From Zygnema circumcarinatum SAG 698-1b (taxonomy: Eukaryota > Plantae > Zygnematophyceae), in assembly GCA_037447605.1 (NCBI GenBank), contig CM074814.1, positions 2,914,001 to 2,978,000 on the forward strand: a stretch of DNA of 64,000 nt. Direction: 5' to 3'. Below are positions 12,552 through 24,527 of this stretch, piece by piece; the stretch's first letter is position 1, and every line of letters starts with the position of its first letter. The notes below the pieces were generated by a model. That model made no database searches, was not told where the DNA came from, and was given only the letters and a program-made list of their open reading frames with translations. Both the position numbers and the translations under genes were made by a program.

Positions 12552-14984
12552 ATGGGTGGCGGCGCGGGGAGAGGGAAGTTCAAGGGTGGGCCGACGGGGA
12601 GAAGAACCTTCTCGCGGCCGGATGAGATGGGTAAGATTTTCTGCATTGAAATTCGTTCATTCATTTTCTTCTTGCTGCGTTGTTTCTTTCTCTGTTACTT
12701 CTTTCCCACAACCATTTGCATGCTTTTCCCTCTTTGGGCTATATAGTGCCTGCTTTAGCAATCGACGTTCCTATATTGCAGGAAAGGGCCCGTCTCTGAA
12801 GCTTCTGTTGCGAACCAATCCTTGTTGTCCTCCCTGCACATTCCATGTTCCGCGATATTTTGTTTTCTTACTTAGTTATGGAAATCCATTATTTGAGGCA
12901 TGAAAATTCATTGTCTCAAGTCGCGATAATGAGAGAAGCAAGACTCTTCTCGTGCGTGTTCGTGCAGCTGAAGGCGGCCCTACGGTGCCCAAGTGGAAGC
13001 GACGGGCGAGTTCCGCAGCACCTTTTGTCCTTGTCTTGGCAGTCACGTGAATGCGTCTGCTTGTTGGTGCAGCTGCGTTGGAAGGGCCGTCTTTGCTTTT
13101 ACTTTAGGTCAGTTTCCAAGTAAAGTAGCAGTTTTTGTCCTGCTTTTTGTCGATATTGCGGGCTTTTGGGCTTGTTTAGTCCTTTTTGGATTTTCTTTTC
13201 TCTACAATTCGACTATGTGGAGCCTCAAAATTGGGACGGACTACTGTGCAGAATGCTGAGGCGGAGGAGGAGGAGAGCGAAGAGGAGGAGGAGGAGGAGG
13301 AGGGAGGGGACGAGCAGGAGGTGCGTTTCGATTCTATCTCTTTGCGAGAAAGACGAGCCTGAAATGAAACGACACGCACATGTCTTGAGTTCTTTCGCAA
13401 AGTCGGTGAGATTTTGTATTGCGTATTCCGCAGAAACAAAAAGGAGTAGCAGGGATTATTCAGACGGAAAATCCGAACGCTCCAAGAAAGGCCGCTGTGA
13501 AAGTCACACAGGCTTCGGTGAGCCCTAAAACCCTTTGTACTTTTTATATATATTTTGTTTTCCTTCAAAATCCCATAACATCTTAGACATATATGCAGCA
13601 TTTAACCGCGTATTAAGTGACCTGCAAGTTGACCCAGACGCAGGCTTGCTACAGGGCTGAGCCGTTTATAAGTTTGAGGAAGTCGAGTACTGTGATTTTT
13701 GCGTTGTGATTTAGAGCCAATGCTTTCTCCGACTGAGCCCAAATGAATGTTTCGCCGACGACTGCCTTGAACGAGCTGCACACTCACCATGTTTTTTTTC
13801 TATTGGCTACTTGGGTATGTGTTTTCCTTTTCTTCTAGTCCATTCCTGAAGCTTCTTGGTGCTTCCTTTTTTCTGGGTTTGGGGGGAGGCAGACAAGCGA
13901 TCAACCAACTGAGCTCTCTCGCAGAGAAAGGTTGGTGCCGCCAAAGAAACTCTTTGAACGCACAGGAACTGTACTGGTTTCGAGGCTTTTGGCTTGTTTA
14001 GAACTTTTTCTAATGATGCTTTGGACTTTTCTGTGTTAAAGCTGTTTTTGCTGTATCATTTTCTCCCCCCAGCTTCAATGCGGGCACCATTCTGAACGTG
14101 AATTCACATCTCTACCTCTGTTGGAAAATTCTTTGTCTTCTAGTATGTAGGGTTATACTTGCAGGCCAGTATTATGTGGTTCTTCCTGTTGAAATAGCTG
14201 ACGAGAACCAAACATGAGCATGCAGGGAAGAGCTGCAGAAGCAGGCTTCAAGAGAGCGTTACATGAAGCTGCAGGAGCAGGGGAAGACGGAGCAGGCCCA
14301 AAAAGATCTCGGTGAGTTTCACGTTAAGTTCAGAGTTCAGCATCAGCCGAATATTTCAGCTAAAGACTGTGCTATATTGGTACGGCGGGTGTTTCCTCAT
14401 TGTCTCTTGTTGATAACATCCGCTTTTCTTCAACAAGCGAAGCCTATTCACGTTGCGCTATTTCACGGAAACTGAGAGTTCAAAGACTTGTTGAATCAGC
14501 TTGATACTAGAGTTCTGGACTATTGGAGCTAGTAACCTGAAGATCGTTTTCTTTTTCAGCGGGTCTTGCCGTAGACGAATGATTTGATCTGGGTACTACC
14601 TTAGTTGGTTGTAGATGCATGCTGTGAGACCTGAACGTTAGTATGACGTCTGCTTCCTGAAGAAATCCAGCCATCAGTTACTCGTTTATTCTTCCTTACA
14701 GCGCAGCTGGCCATGTGGATGACTGGTTATACTGGAATGCTATGCAGAGAGGCTCTCTCTTATCCGAAGACAAAGGGAAGAAGCCGCAAAGAAAAGGGAG
14801 GAAGAGAGACTGGGTGGGCTCCGTCGACCCTTTCTTTCCTCCTGTTTGTCAATCGCTGTCGCTGTTGCTGTTGTCGCTGTTGTTGTTGTAGCAATGGGCA
14901 AGACTCTATCTGACGGAGCTTGTTCTGAGGCTGTTGGGCGATGGCACAGCAAAGGAGGCAAAAAAGACGGAAAGCCGAAGATGA
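12552..14984 (+). CDS. PDAP1: 28-kDa heat- and acid-stable phosphoprotein / PDGFA-associated protein 1-like
   Basis: Exons encode MGGGAGRGKFKGGPTGRRTFSRPDEM, an acidic E-run (about 13255-13320), REELQKQASRERYMKLQEQGKTEQAQKDL, ERLSLIRRQREEAAKKREEERL and a last exon AKEAKKTESRR* (14950-14984). Confidence 0.88.
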
Positions 14985-15984
14985 TCTCGGGGGTTGTGGA
15001 ACAACGATTCGTACCTTCATGCTCAATACGTTTCCCAGCACACTCAGTTGACTATGGATTTGAGTTTGGTAACTTTACAGGGTTGTACCGTAGAGAAAAT
15101 GTGGGCCCCTTTGCATTGAAGTTATTTGACTGACGGAGCTTGCGCGTGGTGCGAACTTGGATCGGCCGTTCTGGATTTGATTACGAGGGTGTTCAGGAGT
15201 TTGCCGCTCTTGGAGATCTTCAAAAGTGGATATTGATACGCTTCTGCGTCGCCCCTCTCTCTCGTTTTATGTATCACTCACTCTCTCTCTCTCTCCATTC
15301 CCACTCTCTTCCCCTCAATTCTCTCCCTGCATTCCCCCCAAGCTTTTTGATCCAAAGCAATTAAAGCGGAGTGGTCAGGAACTGCTATTTCAGTAATACA
15401 GACATCGCGTGAATTCGATTGAAAAAACAACCATATGAAGAGAGTATTGATTCGAAAAATGTACTTAGCAGTAATCCTTCAAGGCAACCTTCTACAGATT
15501 GCATGTGAACCATAAATCATGCCATCCAGTGGTTTTCAAAAGTGTTCCTCGGCACCGTCACTCTGAACTCAAAACCTGTTTTCAGTTACGCTTGTCATTT
15601 GGAGTGGGCTGACTTTCCTCCGGCTTCCACAACCTGAGCGCAGCTTATCCTCCCCTATACAATACCACCAATGCCTCCCATATATTCTCGAGTCGTTTCC
15701 TTGCGTCGAAACCCCCTCCCTGCGAGCTCTATCGTACACCACCCACTGCGCAGCACGGCCAGCCTGCAGTGGTGACAAAAAAAATCAATTAGTTATCTGA
15801 ATAATTGAGCGAAATGAGTTTTCCCTGTCACAATTATAAATATTGACTGACTGACCGACTGACTGACTCAGGCAGAGACCGTGAGTAAACCACGCGCTCA
15901 GTCGCCGCCGGCTCACGGATTCAAGCGGCCGAACGGACGGGATCGCCGTCGTCCGCCCGTCCGTCCGTCCGTCCGTCCGTCCGT

Positions 15985-16048
15985 CCATCCGTCCGTCGCC
16001 ATCTCCCCGGGGCGGCCGAGCGGTACGGAGATGGCGACGGACGGACGG
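15985..16048. repeat. GC-rich hairpin (22-bp stem with 1 mismatch, 20-nt loop) following a (CCGT)n microsatellite
   Basis: CCATCCGTCCGTCGCCATCTCC ... GGAGATGGCGACGGACGGACGG. Confidence 0.7.
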
Positions 16049-17372
16049 AAGACCGCGCGCCGCCCAAGGGCCCGTCCCGCGGCCTCCGCGCTACACGACA
16101 AATGTCGTATGGAAATGATGCTTCCTCCGTACATTCATGAAGATACGAGCGCTGTACGGCCGGGCGGAGGCCGGTCCGCGTGGGCGGCCTCGTCGCGTTC
16201 TGGTCTCGGCGCGCCCCAATGGCTGCCGCGGCACGTGCGCAGATTGGCGCGTGCGCTCCGTACTCGCGGAAGTAGGCTCCAGGCGGGTCCGCGCCATCAA
16301 GAAATGGCCCAGCCGTACCGTACGGCAACAGCGAGGGGCGGCGAGCGCGACACGCCGCGGTTGTCGCGTGGCCACGCGGCCCGCGGGGGGTGGACAGGGA
16401 CCGCCCGCCCGCAGCCACGCAATCGACCGCAGCAGTGCCCCGCGAGGAGGGACAAATTTCGTACGAATGAGATTTTAGGTCGGAGCCCGCGAGCGTGTCG
16501 TCCAATGAGAAGCGCCCTGGTCGTTCGTGCGGATGGCGGGGCGGGCGGTCCGCACGATTCGGAATGCGGCAGTTGGCGCCTTTGAGAAGGTTCGGACGAC
16601 GGCGTGCCCTGATCGGATCAGATCGGATCCGATCGGATCAGATCGTGTCCCGGCCCGCGGGCGGGCGGGCACGTGGAAAGCCTCCCCCGGAAGTCATCCC
16701 CCCCGCGTGCGGCCGACTGCAACGGTTCCATGCGCCAGTCGGCAGTCGGCAGTCGCTCCCGACGGGCCGATCGTCCATGCGCTGCCTGCCTCGTGCGGGC
16801 GCCCTCGCCCGCAAGCGCCACGTGGCGCGTGGCGCGAGGCGCGAGCGGCGAGGGGCGGGACAGGCCATGGCCGGCGGCAGTCCAAGCCCAGGTCCTGCTC
16901 GCCGTCAGCGGAGGCCGCCATGCGCGGGAGGAGGAGCCGCCACGCGTCTGCTTCTTTCTGCAGAGGCACTTCCTTGTAAGGCGGGGAAGTGGCTTGTCCG
17001 AGGTCGAGTTTGAGTGTGAAGCGGAAACAGGGCAGCGGTAGGAAGAGGCGGAGGAGGCCATGGCGCCCGAGCAAGAAAGCACCCACGACGTCTGTAGCGC
17101 TGGATCAGGTGATGCATGCCTCTGCATAGTGACCGCGGTCCTCTGTTTCCAGAGTGCTGGTTCGTGCAGAAGCCATGAGGGTTTCAGCAACATGTTGGAA
17201 GTTGCAGAATGTGCACTGAGAGAAGGTGGGAAGGGCTGTCGCTCCTGCTGCTGCTGCTGCTGCTGGCGCCGCTGCAGATGTCTCGGGGACCGGCTCGTCG
17301 ACACTAACGGGCGCTCCAGGAGGAGCAAGAGCAGACGTTGGAGCTTCTGCAGGTGAACTTCATGGCTACAGG

Positions 17373-20300
17373 ATGAAGCGGAACGCGTCGGCGGCTACGT
17401 TCGAGAACTGTGACTTATCAAAGCTGCCGCGATCGGCGCTTGAGGAAGAGGTGCTGCGGCTGCGGGCTGCAGCAGCGCAGCGGGAGCAGCATCAGGAAGA
17501 AGGTGCGCAAGAAAACCTGTTGAGGATCATGTCACGGCAAACTGCGCACATTTCCAGCCCATCCTCCCGTTCCTTTCAACCCTCCATCCGCCTCTCCCAC
17601 ATTGTCTCTCTACACCTCTCCACTCCTTCCTTATACCTCTCCTCCCTTCTACTCCATTTTCTCTTCCTCCATTTCTCCTTCCCCCTCTACATTTTGCTTC
17701 CCACCTTCCTCTCCTCTCCCGTTCCGCTTTTCCTCGGTTGTTCTCCACTTCGCCCTATCCTTATCCTTTCCTCAGTCTCGTTCTCTTTCTGCTCCCTCCC
17801 TATTTATCTCCTCAACTTTCTTTTCCTCCTAGCCCTCGCGCCCCTCTTGTCCCTTCCCCTATCTTCCCCTGTCACTGTCATCCAATTTTTTGGCCATTCT
17901 GTGAAGTTTGGCATCAGCAAAGTTCATAAACAGAAGGAGACTGAAAGAGGGTTATCGACAAGTTTCACTCAGTAGCACTCGCCCCCTCTATCCATCCCTC
18001 CCCTCCCCTCCCCTCCCCTCCATAATGATTTCACGGTCTCTTGTCGTAATTAGTATCTACATTTTCTTGTTCGAAGGCAGAACGGCTCTTTGCAGAGTAC
18101 CTGCGTGTCGGGGATTTATATTTGACAGTGGAAGTAGCTAGTTGTGACTTCAAGACGAAGCAGCTGGCAATTCCTGTTTCGCGTTACAGCAGCGTAGGAA
18201 GCTGTTTGAAAGCCAGTTGTGTCGCTGCACTTCTGTGTCTTTGCGCATCGTTCGGCCGTTCATTATTATTTGCTCGCTGGATGCTTGGCAGTGGAGTTTC
18301 AAAAGAATCTGCTGCGCTCTGTCGGCCAAGCTGTCATCTGCACCGACATGGCGGGACAGATTACCTACTGGTATGCCTCCTGCTGCAGCAGCTCTGAGAG
18401 GAATGAAAGCTCAAAGTAAGTCATGGGCATGGCATGTGAGAGGAAACTGAATACGGTTATTGAAGTGTATTATTGAAGGACCTCTTGCGCAGGAATCGAG
18501 CTGCGACAGCGATGTATGGATGGCTGGAAGAGGAGGCAGTAGGGACAAGCATATTTCAGATAGTGCGACCTGCAAGTCCAAACTGGAGAGAAATGGGGAT
18601 AGAGATCTTCAAAGTGCTCTCAATGGGAAAGCAGTGGACGGGCGAATATGCAGCATACAACAAGGAGGGCCGTTACATGGACATCATAGTGCGGCTCTCT
18701 GACCTGCACCGCCCTTCCCACAGCACCACATTCGTCGGAAGAGTAGTTGGAACTCTCTCGCGTTAAGCTGCACTGCTTTGGGTGTCTGCAGCGGAAGAAA
18801 AACTGAGCGGATAACTGAACGGATAACTGAACGGAATGCGCAGGTGACTGACACGCCCATCATGGACATGGAGGGCAACCTGGTGGGCGTGATCGGCGTG
18901 TCGGCGGACATCTCTGACCTGAAGCGCAAGGAGGCGCAGATCCTGCAGCTGAACGCGGAGCTCGAGCAGAGGGTGGCGGAACGCACGCAGCAGCTGCGGG
19001 AGAGCAACGAGAGGCTGAGGGACGAGGCGGAGGACCACAAGCGGGCGAGGGAAAACCTGCAGAAACTCTTTCAGGTAGGGTACTCTGCTGCGACGAGAGA
19101 GAGATTAGAGGAAGATGCAGTTGACCGCCTTTGCAGAGCAGCGTGCGAGATATGGTGCTGCTGTGCAACTAGCCATAGCCATGGTTCAATATGATGTTGT
19201 AATAGGTACGGCGGTTTTTCTGTAGTTCTAAGGCGAAAGCAACGGCGTGCGAAAGTGCAGGAGATGGAGATATCGCAGAAGAAGATCGTCGAACAGGCGC
19301 GGAATTTGGAGCAGCTGGTTGAGGAGCTGAGGGAGGCGAGGAGGGAGGCGGAGTCGGCGAGTCTTCTGAAGAGTCGGTTCTTGGTAACGACCTCCGGAGA
19401 ATTGTCAGGTTGTGCTGCCACCGGTGTTTGCGCTATTTGAAGTGCTTAAGAAAGCTTTCATGGGTGGTGCAGGCACATATGAGCCATGAAATTCGAACTC
19501 CCATGAATGGAGTCATCGGAATGACTAACCTCATCCTCAGCACGGAGCTGACGGATGAGCAGCGCGAGTATGTTCGGACGATCCAAACCAGCGGAGACTC
19601 GCTGCTGACTGTCATTAACGATATTCTGGATTTTAGCAAAATCGAGGCAGGAGAACTTGTGGTTGAATATGTAACGTTCTCTTTCCTGCACACTATGGAG
19701 GACACTATCGACCTTTTCAGTGTAAGGATGTGCAGACAGCTGTTCTGCTTCTGCTGTCGACTTTCCTGCTTTCTGCAGACAGCTGTCCTTCATGCACACA
19801 GCTTATGGCGTTTTTGTTCCTCCATGGTTTTAGTGGTGGTTTCATCCCTCCAGTTCTCCTTGCTCTCCACTACCGTCCTCAACCGCTAACTAGCCATGTC
19901 TGCGAGGTGACTGCAGATGAAGGCCCGGGAAAAGGGGGTGGAACTCGTATGTTATGTGGATCCTTCAGTTCCAGAGTTTGTGCATACAGACCCAACGCGA
20001 CTGCGGCAGGTACATCGCTCCACTCTGAACTGTTCTCCTCTCTCACATTCTCTCCTTTCTCTTGCCTCTTTTCTTCCTTTCCTTGGGCGTATCTTCTTCT
20101 CTCGTTCCCTTGTCTGAACCGTGTCCCCCCCTCCCCTCCCCTCCCCTCCCCTCCCCTCCCCTCCCCTCCCTCCCTCCCTCCCTCCCTCCCTCCCACCCTC
20201 CCACCCACACCCCACCCTCCCCCCCGTCCCCTTCCCAGGTTATTGTGAACCTCGTGTCCAACGCCATCAAGTTCACGGAGCGTGGCGAGGTGGTAGTGGA

Positions 20301-23300
20301 GGCCCGCGCTGTGCCCTGGGCGGGTCCCCCCCCCCCCCGCGGGCAGCAGGAGGGCCTCCTCCCCCGCGGCCGCCTCCTTGTGCGCGTGCGCGACACCGGC
20401 ATCGGCATCCCCCGGGACCGCCTCGCGCGGCTCGTTAAACCCTTCAGCCAGCTCGACGCCTCCACCACCAGGAAGTTTGGGGGTATGGAAAGAATAACTG
20501 TTCGTCTTGCTCAAAATTGTCAATGATGCGTGCACGGAAGCAATCGCGGGCATGCCCCCGATAACGATTATGCTGAACATGTCTGGGTTTTTAGGGTTTT
20601 TAGGGTTTTTAAGGTTTTTAGGGTTTTTAGGGTTTTTAGGGCCAGTGTCTGTCTATCTGTCTGTCTGAAGTGTCTCAATCGTCACAAGGCAAAACACAGA
20701 GACCTTAAAGGCTGCGTAAAAGCACTTCATCGTTTGCAAAGCGGAGATGTCTCCGAACTCCTTGAAATGTGTGCCATACATTTCTTTCTTTTTTCAAGAA
20801 CATATCACTGCCAAATGATAACCTTCACTGGAATAACATGATTGTTAGCTTCTGTTGGTTGGTGGTTTTGTTTTAGGTACCGGCCTCGGATTGGTCATCT
20901 CCAAGCAGGTGAGCAGGGCTGCACGCACCTCTTGCTCTCTCTTTGCGTAGGCTGCGACCGGCTGTTGAATTGCAACACTTTTTAGAACAGAAATTTGAAA
21001 AACTGCTGCCGGTTGCCGCGGTGGGCCGTGCAGCTGGTGGAGCACTTGGGCGGCGAAATGTGGGTGGAGAGCGAAGGGAGCGGCTGCGGGTCAACTTTCA
21101 ACTTCAGCATCGCTCTCTATGGCGCACCTTCTGCGGGCGGAGGGAGGGTGCCTCTCCCGCAGGTACGGGGGGGGAAAGAGGGGGGGAAGGATACTCCCTG
21201 CAGCCATGCAGCCAAAAGGAACAGCGGCGAGATTGTTGGAGAAAGCGGGGGGGGGGTGGAGACGGGAAGTCCCAAGAGGGCCAGACTGTGGGAGAGGAGG
21301 GTGGGAGAGAGAGGTGCACAGGGGGAGAAGGAAAATGAGGGAGAGTGGGAGAATGGAGTGAGTAATCATAGGAGCTGCATGGTTGGGACGATTTGGGGAG
21401 GGGAAAAGGAAATGGAGGACGCGAATGGATGCGTCACTGAACATTCGTCGGAAGATTTGGGGAAGCAGGCAGATACAACAGGAGGGGAGGCGGAGGGAGA
21501 TACAAGCGCGCATGTTTGCCGGGTAGACACTATGAGGGATAGAAAACGTCCTCAAAGTGACAGAGAATGTTTGAATTGCGAGCATGAATCTGCTAGTCTA
21601 TCTTCAGACAAACGAGTGTCTGGTACGGATGCGAGTCTGGGAGGAGAAGTATGGGAGGATGATAGGAGAGGTCCAACAGGAAGGCAGCCAAGTGGTGGAG
21701 AGGCTGTGCTGAGGAGAGATTGGGAGGGCTCGGCGGAAAGTGTGATGGATAGGCATAGAGTGGACAGAGGGGGAGGGAGAGGGAGAGTGCTGTTGGCAAT
21801 AAACAACTCCACAGTTCGAACAGTAATCGAATCACACGTTCGAGGGATGGGCTTTGCTCCTGCGGAGGGGAGCGAAATCGAAGTTGCAGAGTTGGCCGAT
21901 GTTTGCGCAGTCATCGCGGAAGTCAATGTGAGAGGAGTTCGGAAGCCCTGAAACCTCTGAGTATTGGAAGTCTTGACCTTCCCTTCAAGAAAGAAAAGAT
22001 CCTGAAAAAAAAAAAAAATCCTGCTTTGCGTTCTGGTATAAAAAATGTCTCACAGAGGCAGGCGGGTCTTGCAGGGGGGAGACATGAGTAGTGAGGACGA
22101 CATGTTGAAGGCCTCCTTCAATCCGTTGTGGAGGAGACTTCCAGTGCTCCTCCTCTGCCCGTATGGGGAGGCTAAGCAGGTGAGCCTGACGGGGGAGCCG
22201 ATTGAGGTGAGCAAATGGTCTCCACATTCGTGGTCAAAAGGGAGAGTCTTTGGAATGATTGTTCGATTTCGTTTTCTGTGGGAAGCAGGTGAAGCTGAAA
22301 GGGTGGAACATTGTGGCCGTACTGCCGAAGCCGGTGCGGCAAACACTGCTCACAAAAGCACTGCAAGAATGCGTCAACCTGCGGGGGCTGCATGGGCGCG
22401 AGGAGGAGAATGTGGATGAGCGAGAAAAGGCAACGGAGGGGGTCGTATTGAAGTCAGTGAAGCAGAGTGCGAGTGCAGAGCGGGAGAAACTGACTGAAAA
22501 ACGGCAGCTGCTCGGGGAGAAGCATCCGTTAAAGATTCTTCTTGTGTGAGTTGGAGACAACGATTTTTTTTCAACTCAATGAAGTCGAACACATCAACAG
22601 GAAAATATGTCTGAGTGCCACCTTTAAGCTAGAAAATATCTGGAGATGTGAATAGGCAATCTGGACGGAGCGAAAAGCGTGTATCAGTTGCTGAAGTGCC
22701 CTCGTCCTTCACTTCGACTCTTGTTTACTTCTGATCGTTCCGCATCTTAGGAACCCCGAGGAATGCCATCGCAGGCCTGAACAATGTAACCATCACCACC
22801 CGCAACCCTAACCCCTCCCGGCCCTCCACGTGTACAGAGAGGACAACGTGGTTAACCAGCGTGTGGCGGCCTGCCTTCTGCGGCAGCTCGGGTACACGGC
22901 GGACATGGCCTGCAATGGGGCGGAGGCGCTGGAGGCACTAAAGAGGCAGCGCTACGACCTCGCCCTCATGGATGTGCAGGTAACCACCTCCTCCCAACCG
23001 CCGCCTGTCCGTTCGCCGTTGGAGCAGGAGAAGTGTGGCACTAAGCCAGTCGATGAGTGGATGGATGGGGGAAGTCGCAGTATTCCTGGGCATTCATTTG
23101 TTGTGGGTTTTTCCCATGTTGGGAGGACGGTCCAGATGCCGGTGATGGACGGGATCGAAGCCACGAAGCAGATCATTTCCATGTGGCGACCGGAGGACCG
23201 GCCGCGCATCGTGGCGATGACAGCGAATGTGCTCAACTCCGACCGGCAGATGTGCCTCACGGTGGGCATGGACGCCTTCATTCCGAAGCCCATTCGGACG

Positions 23301-23369
23301 CCGGACCTGGTCTTGGCTCTGCAGACTACTTTTACCAATGCAAAAGCAGGGACAGTCATTTTTCGTTGA
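17373..23369 (+). CDS. Soluble PAS-domain hybrid histidine kinase (PAS - coiled coil - HisKA - HATPase - pseudo-receiver - receiver); 5' end uncertain
   Basis: Spliced exons give a PAS domain ([36 protein letters not shown]...[25 protein letters not shown]). The kinase core has H-box [16 protein letters not shown]-box [11 protein letters not shown]1 DTGIGI, F-box PFSQLD and G2 GGTGLGL. The receiver reads LLVEDNVVNQ...[11 protein letters not shown]...AMTAN...FIPKP. Confidence 0.93.
20588..20641 (+). repeat. Interstitial telomere-like array (TTTTTAGGG)x6 in a kinase intron
   Basis: Six consecutive 9-mers, one of them the variant TTTTTAAGG. Confidence 0.85.
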
Positions 23370-24527
23370 CTCCCTCCTGTGATTATATGACTATCTTTAT
23401 TGATTATGTTATGCAGTTACATGACAGCTTTCCAGTAGTGATGATGGAAAGATCTAGGAGAGCCCGCATTAAAGAGTAAGAGAGAGGGGGGGAGGTGAGG
23501 CGGGGAGCATAGAAAATACAGGGTCAGGCCTGCAAGAATGGGCCGGAATTATAGAAAACTTAGTCTTGGGTACCGGAGGCGTGTAGTTCCCCGTAAATAT
23601 TATAGGTTCAGTTTGTTTATCGTTATTAAAATTCACTAGCTTTTGTCAGTGTTAGGAGGCGTACTGATAGATCCTAACAGTTGAGAGCTGGAACTAATGA
23701 ATAGCTGTAGAGCTCTCAGTGTTTTGAAGTTTTGTTTAAAGGGTGTGTTCCGAGTCGTTGGAGTTGGTCGAGTTTCTCATGTACAAAACCATGTTTCCTT
23801 TGGTGGCAGCCCCTTTTTTTTCTTGGGCTGTCCCGCTGGAAGGTGGATGCCATCCATCCGTAGTCTGCATAGGTGCGCAGGCACAACAAAGTTATTGCCT
23901 TGTGCAGAGGTGAAAACAGAAGCCACGAGAAACAATGTAAGCTTAAACTTTTCAGATTTGCAGAAAAGAAAGACGAAAAATGTTTTTAGTTTTTTCGTTT
24001 GTTTCTTCTTATAATTGAAGATAAATGCATTGTTGCTCATCTACAAAGTAGAGTCCAATTGGGTAAAATATGTTTAGCTACAACAAGTCATGTAACGTTA
24101 AGTGATCATAGAAGCAAAGGAATTACAGAAAACGTGGTCGAAAATAGTCATTTCTTCGTTACATGCATACACCGAGATGGGCCTGCATTTATTTCCAAAG
24201 AAACTCCACTTTTCTTTGGAACACAATTTCCTCAAGTAAAGCAGCTCTACTGCAATACTTTTGTACCGGTCCTAACGTCTCTAGAGCCCTACAGTACAGA
24301 AAACGCGAAAGAATTGGCAAGTACCGCCTGGGTCTCTGTCCCAAGCCCGCCACTTGCAGAAAGCCCTTATTCGAACATTTTTTTCTCCCTCCCGCTCTGA
24401 CGGTTGAAGCGGACCTCCCAATGCCAACCGCTCCGTCTATTATGACCTTACTTATAGCCCCATCTTTCTGCTACAGAGATTCCCTGACGTAATCGTAGTA
24501 TCACCCCATACGCCCTTCCCCTTCTCG

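Noticed and set aside
15881-17328. Multiple overlapping Arg/Pro/Gly-rich ORFs
   Set aside because: These come from GC-rich, stop-poor intergenic or 5' UTR sequence with no recognisable domain. A few upstream kinase exons cannot be excluded.
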